Origin: Bugula neritina
Taxonomy: Eukaryota > Animalia > Bryozoa
Length of the DNA stretch: 64,000 bases
Reading direction: 5' to 3'
NCBI GenBank assembly: GCA_964035545.1
Contig: OZ037766.1
Span: 29,576,640-29,640,639, forward strand
Below the pieces are notes generated by a model. The model did not search any database. It was not told the origin of the DNA and saw nothing but the letters and a program-made list of their open reading frames with translations. Below, piece after piece: positions 26,807 through 64,000 of the stretch. Position 1 is the stretch's first letter; each line of letters begins with the position of its first letter. The position numbers and the translations under genes are program-made.

Positions 26807-27693
26807 CTTCATTCTTCCCAACAACAATGATTTTTGTTATTGGTGAATCACCATGACCATTCCCATGTTTATTGTCAATTTCAATTTGTAATTCAAATTC
26901 AAGTTATATTGATTTATTCAATCTCTCACTATCAGGTCATCATCATTGTCATTATGACCATGGTTACTCAACGCTGCTTTTTCAAACTGTTATTATTCTG
27001 GCATGGGTAAAAATAAATTAAAGTTTCAAGACTTGTTAGAAAACCAAAATTTAATTCATATCCTGTTTGACAGTTACTTATTTAATTTAAATTGTTATAT
27101 AATCATAATGATAAATACATAATAAATACAGTATTCTGGTTAGTGATGGTGTTCCTCTATATCAATATCATAATTTTACTAGTGATTTTTACATTGCAAA
27201 ATTATTTTTATATATCTCACAAAAGTAATATAACTAAACGCAGATTTGTGTTATTTAATATCATTTTTAGGGAAATGTTGCTTTGCTGTGTTATGCTTAA
27301 ATTGGCAAAGTTAGAAATTATTTATGATAATGAACTTAATTTATACCTAACATATTATATACTAGTAGTTTTCATTTGAATTTTGATACCATATATTTGC
27401 CATTAACATGGATATTTGTAATACTTTTCATCAACTTGTTTGCATATATGTCTTTTTGCTTCAACAGCTCTAAAAGATAGTTAACCATTTTACAGTCACT
27501 ATATATTAGAAATTCAGTTTGAGCATCTCAAAACTTGTTTGTGGCATACTTTTACATATTAACACATGATTCTATCGCTGTTTATACATAATGAAAACTT
27601 GTTTGAGCTTAATTTAACAGTTAATATGTTTTATTTGATAATCACTTTTGCAGTGTGTTGAATATACTTTATTTTTAGTTTTAGATCTGTGCA

Positions 27694-29510
27694 ATGTTTT
27701 CTCTCATTTCGGACTGGGACATACCATATCCACTCCAAATAGTTGTTGGTGCTCTAGTATTATCCAGGCTATTCGTTGACACCTACTACTTTCTCAGGGT
27801 TGGGTGGGCAGCCGTATTCTCCGTTGTAAAACTCTGTCTTGGCAAGAAACTCGGCCTACTTGATGAGTATTCATACAAAAGTAAGTGTTCTTGTCATTTT
27901 TTGCTCCCCTTGAACTAGATTTTGGCATCTTAATTTACTGTATGGGAATCATACAACTATCTGGTAACATTTGATAGCTGCATTATTTTATATTATTATT
28001 TTACGTATGATTTTTGCATTTATTGCTTTGTAAGATAAGATAAAATTACACTATTCCTAAAATTGTGGTCCAATAATAATGGAATATTTTGCAGTAAGAT
28101 GTATGCCCATGGACCTGGATCACATGCAACACATGAACAATTCTAGGTACAACAGAGAGTGTGATTTCAGTAGATTTTATTTGCTATTTCTGAATGGGCT
28201 GTTTAGAGCCATTTACTTCAACAAGTTTAGAGTTGGACTGGCAGCAACTACCATCAGGTTTAGAAGATCCATCGAGTTCCTAGAGACTGCTGTTCTCTCA
28301 TCCAAGGTAAAGCCTTCTTCCTGTTACATTATTGTTGTTTATTGTAGACAAATAGTATATACAGTGCTTCCTCCGTATCTCACTAAGCTGCGGGTCCTGA
28401 AACCTTGATTTGTGACATAATAGAATACTAGATTTAACTCTCGGATCAGTTAGATTTGGCCATTTTGTCCCTATACACACATACATAAGCCACAAAATTG
28501 GGTTCCAAGCCTTCTTGTGACTTATGGAATTTCATAAGATATGAAGGTAGCACTATATCCAACATAAACAGCTGTTAAATCTCTAGAACGGTCTATAAAA
28601 TAATTGAATATTTCTATTTCCTTGTTACTTATATATGCCTATTCTTTTTCAACAGACTCTTACATGAGTATGTATAGTAAATCTATCACATAAAATTACA
28701 AGATATGTGTTTTTATAACAGCACATGTAGTTTACAGCTAGATTTTCCTAATGGTGATGTCACATATATACTATCGAGTTTATCTGCACTAAACACTGAA
28801 ATACAATAGTATATGCCTGTTGATAATGTCTTTTATCTCTGTTGCATTGACCTCTCCATTGCTCTGCTATTATTTAGGTTGTATATTGGGATGAGAGATC
28901 AATATATATTGAACAGACATTCTCCAGGCCCTCAGATTCCTTTGTCTATGCTGTTATGTATGCTAAATACACTATAGTTCATGGAACAGTGGCTGAGGTA
29001 AGCTTTATTCTTTATTGTCTCACATGAATATTGATGTGTCATTCGATTTGGAGTTACGTTCTCTAAATCTTGATTTGCTTAGCAATGAGAACGGAGCGCT
29101 AAATTTGCTAATAGTTTTGAATAAACTGGTATGCCTACAGATACTTACCTGGCATAAGTTTATGTCATTCACTTGTGAACTATGGTGTTTCAAGATATGT
29201 TTACTTGTAATTTCAGATACACTGTATATTTATTAGGAGCTTGCATACTTTTTCACATCAGTTTGATTTCTCAGTTTAATTTATTCCTAATTGGTTTACA
29301 ACTTAAACATTTTGCCGAAGCTGCATTGCCATCTGGTCTATCCCACTGTTAAATATAGGGAATTGTCTACACATAAGTTATAAATATGTGATTTAGTTGC
29401 TGGATTGCTATGGATACAAAGGCGAGAGACCCGAATTATCACCCGACCTTAATGCTTGGATTGAATACAACAGACTGAGTAGTGAAAAACTAAGGCCCAA
29501 GACTAGTTGA
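27694..29510 (+). CDS. THEM6: THEM6-like thioesterase superfamily protein (210 aa, 4 exons)
   Basis: Exons 27694-27880, 28095-28306, 28878-28997 and 29397-29510 join in frame. Motifs: FVDTYYFLR, CMPMDLDHMQHMNNSRYNRECDFSR, TIRFRRS, YWDERSIYIEQTF, WIEYNRLSSEKLR. Confidence 0.93.
28362..28555. mobile_element. Tc1/mariner (pogo/Tigger-type) MITE in THEM6 intron 2
   Basis: TA-CAGTGCTTCCTCCGTATCT on the left and AGATATGAAGGTAGCACTA-TA on the right form an imperfect TIR with TA flanks. Confidence 0.6.
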
Positions 29511-30673
29511 TGATAATTATATCATAGGCAAAACTTTTATGTATCACTAGGCTGTTATTCTTCTCATTTTTCAATAACAAATTGTAGGCTAATATATTTT
29601 ATATTTTATTAAATTTTTGTTTTTAGCAAAGGTTGCTCAAAGTTTTTTTTCTGCATTTTAACATGTCATTTCATAGACATGTCATTCAGATAAGATGTCA
29701 GAGAATTTTAGTAACAGTAGCTAACACAGAGGTAAAATACTTGCTACTAGCATAATATTGTGAAATATAGCTGTGTAGTAATATGCAATCGGTATTATCA
29801 TTGATCACCTGAGCATGAATTTACTGGTGTCATAATTTGTTATTTATGTTTTGTCAATTTCTTGACCAAATCTCTATTCTGTGATTAGATTAAAATACAT
29901 GCAGTGCTAAAATCTGCTTCTTTTTTATTATTTACTGTATTTATGATGGTGAATAAACCAGTTCTAGACTTTCTAGATATCTCAACATAGAACATATTTG
30001 TAAATTATCATAGATGCACACCATTGTAATCACCTGAACTCATTAGCTAAATGATAGCCTTTGTTTAGAAACATAGCTCTTCTAAGGAGGGGGGAGGGGT
30101 AAGCTCCACAGATCTATAGCACCTAGATTTATCTGATAACAAATATAGATGTCAAAGACTATCTGCTGCATAAATGGCACGGAATGCTGCTTGCTTATAT
30201 AATGGCTATCACTTTTGGATAAATAATAAGGCTGCCGTTAAATGACCCAGAAATAGATTTTATTGTTTTACTTTGAAGATGAAAACAGATTTCTCAAGTG
30301 TAAAATGTTTATCAGTTCTATTTGAGATCATTAGTTTTAACATAAAAATATTTCATGTAAAATTCTTTTGTTTCTCTTTTTTGTTTTTAGTGCTATAAAT
30401 CATTCAAGACTTTTCAAGATGTATCTATGTTATTGTCTCCACCATGCTGTAAACTGTGTCTGAAACTAGTAATGGGAATGTGACTCACACCAGCAGGTGT
30501 GGGATAGTGTTTAGGTGCAGCTATGTTATCTTGCTTAGTTTACATGCTTCTGTGTTACAAATGCAGTTGGTTAGTAGTAGAGTTTATCAGTCAATCTTAC
30601 TATAGTAAATAAAAGTAGCTGTCTGTTTAGTTTGTGATTGAATCGGCTAATATAATAATATACACTGCTTGCA

Positions 30674-54925
<24,252 letters not shown>

Positions 54926-55276
54926 ACAGATGTGTTGCAAAAATTATATTCAGTATAAGCCCTTTATAAAACGTCATAGTAATGCAAATTCATGCTATAT
55001 AAGATAACGAACACCTTGAGGCTAGCTTAGCAAAATTTCAAATATATTTCATCAAATAGGTTAAAGATAGTTCTTTATTCAAAGTGTTATAAGGCTAAGT
55101 TGCTGAGAAGTTATAAAACAACTTATAACAAACATATTTCGAAAATTGTAACGTAAAAATAAGAAAATGAAGCAAAAAATAAGATTTTGAAAGCTTCTAT
55201 AATATTAAGTCATTGAAGCATCTGTGAGAAGTTGAGAATTGAGTTCCTCTCAATCAAGTTTTTATTCCAGATGTCG

Positions 55277-56998
55277 TTACTGTCAACATAAAATAAAAGG
55301 TGTTAATAATTTTGTATTAAATTACATGCATTGTTGCAGTCATTTTGTCATAAAATACAGTTCAATTGTTTATGAATATAATAATATGCATCACTTGTTT
55401 TTAAATGTAACTGTCTAAACTATTGTTTTATGCTTAAAGTCAATTTCAAAAACTCACTCCTTTGCTTGAACCTTTGTATGAACCCTTGGATTTTCCTCCG
55501 GGGCCTGGAGGACCTGGGGGACCTTTTGGGCCAGCTGGACCTTTAGGTCCAGTATCTCCTTTAGGGCCTTTGGACCCAGCGCTTCCCTTACTTCCAGTGC
55601 TACCTTTAGGCCCCTTTGGTCCTGCAGGTCCTGTTGGTCCCTTTGGTCCAGTTGATCCTTTAGACCCTGATGATCCCTTTGAACCTTTAGGACCAGTTGG
55701 CCCCTAACAATGAAAGCAACTATAAATACAGTAAACTGCACCCTATTTTATAAATTGTCACTATAGATTTCTTTTATTGTAAGTGACTAATTAAATTAAT
55801 TTGTAGTATTGTAAAGTTATATTACACTTGACGGCTTTTAACCATTGACTAGCAAACAAATTTAATTCTATATGAGACATACCTTAGGACCAGGGGGTCC
55901 AGGTGGGCATTTGCAAGATCCATATGGAGTTCCTCTTTTCTCTCTCTATAAACATTGTCAAAATATAGTATATTTATTCAATTATTGTCTAAAAAAATAT
56001 TTTTTTCAATTTTTAGATTTTATTTACCACAATTTATATAAGCATAAACCCCAATAAAAAAACTATACCTTCTATATGTAGATCAATTGCAGAGTAAATA
56101 GTATCTATGCTTATATTCATTAATAAATACAATTTATGAGTCTTATAACGTACCACTAGTTGGCTAGTATTAGCATTAATAGATAGTTTGGCAAGTTGAA
56201 CTTCCAGATATCCAATCTTTTGGTTCTCCTATATAACATTGTATATTATTTTATATTTTATTATGCGATATTATATTATATGCTATAATATACTATGCTA
56301 TATTATAGCATATTTTGTTACATAAATTATATAAATGAGTTAACCCATGAAATAAAACATAAAAAATAAACGTAGCGCTTAGCAAACCTTTTCAAGTAAT
56401 TATTTTTGAAGCAATAACTTCATTTACAAAAATCAGAAAAAAGCAGCTATATTATTTTGGGCAGTCAAATTTTTTCCTATCAATACAGTTTTGAATATTT
56501 TCAAATGATTATAACTTTATCTCACATTTTAAATGAAATAAAAGATAAAGTATATTGCACATTTTTAACTAAAGTTTAAATAGCTTTTGACTTTATAAAG
56601 GCTCACTTGTATATTGAAAAAGTTTAGGCATATATACTAATGAAAATTGCAATCATAGAATGAAAGTGCAGTAATTAGGAACACAAATTAAAAGTTAGAA
56701 TAAGTTTTAAATATAAAAACTTTTCAGTATTGTTTTGAAGAAATAGCCTTTATTTATAGTACAAATAGAATATCTTTAGTCATTAGTTTGGAAAATGATA
56801 CTTAAATTTTTTTACTATTACTACACAAGTACTAAGTTATAGCCAGACCTGATCAAAATGTTTTAACATGTATCCAAACATAAGCATGTTGGCTACTATT
56901 AAGCCAACCACAAAGATAGCAATCAAAAAGCTTCCATAGCCATAGGCCTTGATTTTAGCTTCATTCGAATGTGGTATAAGCAAATCATATTTCTCCAT
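55277..56998 (-). CDS. Short transmembrane Lys-rich collagen, copy A (178 aa)
   Basis: Exons: 56849-56998 (TM), 56154-56228 (heptad-like neck), 55883-55945 ([21 protein letters not shown]), 55458-55703 (Gly-X-Y), and stop TAA at 55277-55279 as the first codon of the last exon. All introns are phase 0. A 5' UTR exon lies at ~57265-57320. Confidence 0.88.
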
Positions 56999-57343
56999 CT
57001 ACATAACAAAGATACAAGGTTTAGAAATTAGAAAGTAATAACAATTATTTTATCCGAATTATCATTGTTCAGCATCGAACTGTTTTATTTTATTACTTTT
57101 GAACTGGTAATTTTTAAAAAAATATGTCTTCATTGTTAGAAAAAAATTGTTAAATAAAATTTGTGAAGCTTGAAACAATTACCACTAAGTATTGGCTGTG
57201 CACATGCATGAAAATCTACCTATGTATAATATACAAGTATTATAGCATAATATTTATTACTTACTTTGCTGGTGTAGTGGGTGTAGAGAGATGATACCAG
57301 AAACTTCAAGGTTATGTACTCTGTAGTGTAATTCTGGTATTAA

Positions 57344-57356
57344 GACTTATATACCA
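57344..57356 (-). promoter_or_regulatory. Candidate TATA box of collagen copy A
   Basis: GGTATATAAGTC on the minus strand, about 25-30 nt upstream of the inferred non-coding exon that ends in a GTAAGT donor at 57264. Confidence 0.5.
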
Positions 57357-58145
57357 CCCAAATGCGGAAATCCACTATAATTATTGCGTAAAGTTGCCAC
57401 AAGGCGCTATTTAAACAGTGCTAAGCTTAAATCATCAGCTTATTTGTATCTCTTAATACAACTGCTATGATATTGTATGCACCATCTTTAAAACCAATAA
57501 TCATGCATTTGTACAATGAAGATAAATGTAGATTAAATGCGAGAGCTACCGCATTTGTGTTGTAATGATAAAGCAATATCATGTGTTTTTTAGAATGTTT
57601 TGACACTTTGGTATTTAACAATGTTTATATTCACATCTATACTGTAATTCATCTTATTAGCATAACAGCATATATAATAAATCTGATATTATATGTACTT
57701 TGTCTCGCTCTTATCTTAGTTATTACAAAATAATAATTTGGTGCATTGCCCCTTCTATCATTTTTTATATATAAACTATATTAAATATAGCTTTTCTCAC
57801 ATTAATTTATTGCACATTATATATTATGCATCAGGTTATTTACACTTCCACTATAAAACTAGACATGTGCATCGGATTATCAACATCTGCATGGAGCTGG
57901 TTATTGGTTTCATTTTACCTCAGTTTACAAAGAAGTTCCTTGTGTGGACCACAATTTATTATACATATTTCTAAACTGAAAAAGAAGGTAGTTAGAGCAT
58001 ACAAAAAATTATGCCCAGAGGCATTTATGCAAAGCAGTTCTATAACTACTTAGAATGTACCCTTAGCATCTATTGTAACATAGCCATTTAATAAAGTGGA
58101 GCACAGAGGCTTCAAATAATTTCACACATCAACATTTTAATTAAA

Positions 58146-59084
58146 TGTGATGGCTGCTGTCATTTTTGGTCTCTTGGGGGTCATCCAAGATTTTTACTTT
58201 TTAAAGTGGATGAATAGAGTACGACTTTGTGATCACATTGCACTTTAAATTTTTAAAATCAGTCAAATAGAACCAGAAATATGCCAGGTTATACACACAG
58301 CGGTCCACAACAAACGACTTTTATTATTGCGAGTAATTAGCAGTCAAAGTTCGGCGACTCAAAATTGTACTAAATTAGTTGTTTATCTACCTAGCAACAG
58401 TGTCTTCAATTAGCTCCATCAGCCCAAAAAATAGTTGCCAGGGGTGGTTTTTTATGCTGATCATGAAAATGCTAATTTAAAATTCATATCTGCAATATCT
58501 TAATCAATATTTCAGAGTTGAGTTCAATATAATGAGAACATTTTGATGATTATCCTGAGAAATTAATACTACAATGCCACGTGGTTTCATAATAAAATCC
58601 AACTCTTTTGTATCACTGTTGTTACTAAGTTCATCATTACTATTATCACCACTACTCTTCAGTCCTTGTCCTTAATTTTCAATGTAGAAACATTCTTTTA
58701 AATTGTTAATATCTGTTATCTATTAACTTGCAGCGCGATTTAGTCGCCATGTTTATTATTAGTAACAATTCTCAGTCAAATTATACTTAACCACGTTGCG
58801 CTGTACACTACGCCGCTATTTTAACTATTGTCAAAGGTCGCGCTATTATGCTCTAATCACGTGACTAGCTTGCCAACCATGGAATGGCTCATTAAAACAC
58901 CAATCATTCATAAACCATAGCAGATATCACAAAACTGATTGGACAGCTGGAAAGAGCACATGTTAATTGACTATTACATACTAAAAGCTGAAATTGACCT
59001 ATTTATGACAACTATAGATAAAACCCCTTATAACTAACAATAGCGAATAATGCCAAGAGACCAAAACTGACGGGAGCCATCACA
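58146..59084. mobile_element. Non-autonomous DNA transposon, ~940 bp, superfamily unassigned
   Basis: Left TIR TGTGATGGCTGCTGTCATTTTTGGTCTCTTGG; right end CCAAGAGACCAAAACTGACGGGAGCCATCACA. No clear TSD. Confidence 0.75.
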
Positions 59085-59156
59085 AATGTTTGTCAAAATC
59101 TATACAGTTTTTGAAATTATTTTTTCAAATTTCATACAAGCAGCAAACATTAAACA

Positions 59157-59205
59157 ATTGATTGATTGATTGATTGATTGATTGACTGATTGATTGATTG
59201 ATTGC
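59157..59205. repeat. (GATT)n microsatellite
   Basis: Directly visible in the sequence. Confidence 0.9.
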
Positions 59206-60270
59206 TATTTATTTGTCATATAAAGAGTATGATACTGGTCATTATATTGTTGATTAAACAAATACAAAATTATTACATTATCTTGTATTTTTCAAAACTA
59301 TTTAGAATTCATTCTCAGTGAAGTTTCCCTATATTGCTAAATAGCTTATTGTAAACACTTGTGTATTTTCTCTCAATAGCAATATACTAATTACACCTAT
59401 TAACACTTGTATAGGTGAAATCTTATCTTGACAATGGCAGTGCAAGGGTGTGAGGTAACATGGGCTATCAAAAGTGCTACAAAAGATCGCATTTATCACT
59501 TCAACTGTCACATAATTTTCTTGCACAAAGCAAAATACTGAGTTTGATAGCTGAAAGTAATGCTATACCTCAACATCAAAACAATGTTCTGCAGCAATAT
59601 GAAAAGCTTTCAACCTAATCATCTTAAACAAACTTGTACAAAGAGTGATTTGGTATAAAAGAAGAAACTATTGCTACTTTAACAACTTGTTGATGACACA
59701 TCTATATATATCTAAAAATGACGGCTAGCAGAGGTGTTCAATTAATTTTAAAGCTATGTAAACGATTACTTTTTTAAATTTTCGTTTCTAATTATTTTAG
59801 TATAGTATAATATATATATGTGGCAGTATTAAAACTTGAAAGCAGGCTTATATTCTTACAGTTACCCCAATAATGTTGTGATTATGATTGTTGAACTAGC
59901 CTTGCATTATAAGTATTGATCACACCTTGATAATTTAAATAGATGCTATTTATCTGCATCAAATTTTCAAATATTGTATTCGTTTAGTTTAGATAAGTAA
60001 ATACTGATCATTATAGCAATTTTCTATAACATTGTGTATACGCAATGATGGAATAATAATTCAAGCTAGAAATGAGAAAAATTACTCACGGCAAAACACA
60101 AAGTAAAACTGGTTTTATTTCAGTAGCTTAATTTTTAGATACGTAACTTATTTACAATAATTGCTCCCAAATAATGTGTTGTAGATTGAAATTCATGAGC
60201 TCTGTGACAATGAAGTGTAACAAAATACATCTAATTTTTCTTGGAAGAGAAATAATTTTAAAAATTTTAA

Positions 60271-60639
<369 letters not shown>

Positions 60640-62399
60640 CATAGCTAGAGAGCATCCATTTGATTTCATGAACAGCATCAAATTTTAACTCACAAAATGT
60701 TGTGCTCTTATATAGGAGTGTGAAACAGTAACTTTATAGGCAAATTTTGTTAGTTTTACACACAGTGCTTATATTGCCAACAGATGTTTATTCTGGAAGT
60801 TCTGGTTGTTGGTATTACAGTAGCACACCTGGAGTCATACCTGTCAAAATTGATAAGTTCATTGCCCATGTACAATATGTCTAATGCAATTATTTAAAAC
60901 TTTAGCAATAAAAGAATTAATAGTTGAAAAGTAAATGATTGTTGTCAGGTGCAGATATGTGTATATCTAGTAGATCACAGATATATATACAAATAAAGTA
61001 TTTTTAAAAGTTTTGGTTATATTAGCTTACTTTTTAGCTTAAAAAACTAAAGATATTATTGTTCTTCTTATTATATTGCCGAATTATGTTTTAATATAAT
61101 ATTTTTGCTTACAGAGCTTATATAGGTGGTTAATATAAAAAGTTTGAAAGCAGTACATTTTGGAAAAAGTTTGCTAGAACTAGTAGGTACTTGAAATCAT
61201 CTTAGAAGAAGCTATACAATATCCCATTGTGGGATTACTCTAACTTATAAACTCTATGAAAAGAGTTATATATTGTGACGATAAAAGTAATATCAAAAAA
61301 GTATCCATGTTGTTTAATGTTGAAATAAAACTCAGGAAACTAGGCTGTTAATGCATTTTATGCTGTAAATTAAATTTTGAAAGACTACATAATACACCGA
61401 TACACCACTGATTTGCAAAACTCCTTGCAAAAGAAAGCATAATTTTTAATAACCATGCATAGAATAGAGTTTGTAGTAATTCAATGCTTGAAAGCTTGAG
61501 ATTTGTAGCATTGTCGTGAAGTAGATTGTAACTAGCATTGCATCGAGTTTTATGGCAGAAGTGTTAATAACCTGTTATATCATACATTAGGCTTTAAGTA
61601 AGTGATATTATGTTGGTCCTAGTTACTATAGATGCAGATAAATTTGCCGCAAGGAAACGGTATAGACAAATTTGTTATTCTGAAACAGCTAAGATAAGAT
61701 AGCAGAAAAATACAAATTTAACTTTGAATTGATACAAAAAACTTGTTGTTCAGTTGTACAGCATATGTATGCTTATTGATTTGTGCTTTTTCAACTTTGT
61801 TATCCTAACCTCAAAAGTTTTTGCTCTGCGTGCCAAGTTTTTCAGACTTTGTTTTGTTGCAATTATAATTTAAAGTAACTATAGAAAATTATCTTAAGAT
61901 TCTTTTCGACAGCAATCTTTTATAACAAGCAGCTAAACTGGACCAGTTTCATCAGGCACATAACTATAATGCTCCATATCATCAGACACTGTGCTACGTG
62001 CTATGTACATACCATCAAATACTTCTACACATGATACCATCTATAGGTATATTATATATGATCATATTGATAACTGTGCATGGTTGCATCTTTTCTCCTA
62101 CCAGATTGAAGTTTAGTTGCGGAATGAAAACACTGTTTTATTAGAATATGCACATCAAATAAAAAATCAACTTTGTTTTAAATTTAAATTAAGTGGCAAG
62201 AGAAGAAAGATAACATTTTTGGGCGTGACATAAAAAAACAAAGCAAGGAATAGTCTAAAATGACAAACTGATAGCAAACATAACATATAACTATCTATGT
62301 ATGTATATTTATGTGTCTTGGCTAAAAAATTAAGTGTTTCTATCAATCAGGTTTCTATCAATCAAGTTTGTATCTGTCAGGATTTTATCCAAGATGTGG

Positions 62400-63849
<1,450 letters not shown>

Positions 63850-64000
63850 CTATAAAACCATAACATAGGCTGTACAACACTGCAAATTTTAGCAAAAAAA
63901 AAATTTTTTTTCAAGTTAAAGATTCAAATTCTTGCAACTATTTAATAAACTAATTTTCTATGACTTTATAAAATATTTATTGCCAAACATTATATGATGT

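Noticed and set aside
55462-55707. Plus-strand Gly/Pro-rich ORFs here and at 62453-62833
   Set aside because: They are antisense shadows of the collagen exons; the splice signals and TM/furin exons are on the minus strand.

Overview
AT-rich (roughly 30% GC by eye), intron-rich eukaryotic DNA from a metazoan, probably an invertebrate (taxon is an inference). I spliced genes by hand using GT-AG sites and phase checks. From left to right: (1) a 170-aa orphan type II membrane protein (-); (2) a head-to-head duplicated pair of small zinc-finger genes whose fingers have decayed reciprocally; (3) an 18-exon MCMDC2-like meiotic gene (-) with a 4-exon antisense gene nested in its 5.3-kb intron; (4) THEM6-like (+); (5) a GT10 alpha-1,3-fucosyltransferase (+) split by a 20.9-kb intron that holds a Dong/R4 LINE, MITEs and transposase relics; (6) two tandem paralogs of a very short, Lys-rich, furin-cleavable transmembrane collagen (-). 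Repeats include tRNA-derived SINEs, several MITEs and microsatellites. The most unusual non-coding signal is two multi-kb domains built from many different but consistently 6-bp-periodic units, often A-N4-T. One sits between divergent gene starts; the other is flanked by outward-facing exon-like relics. No database searches were run, so family calls rest on motifs recalled from memory.
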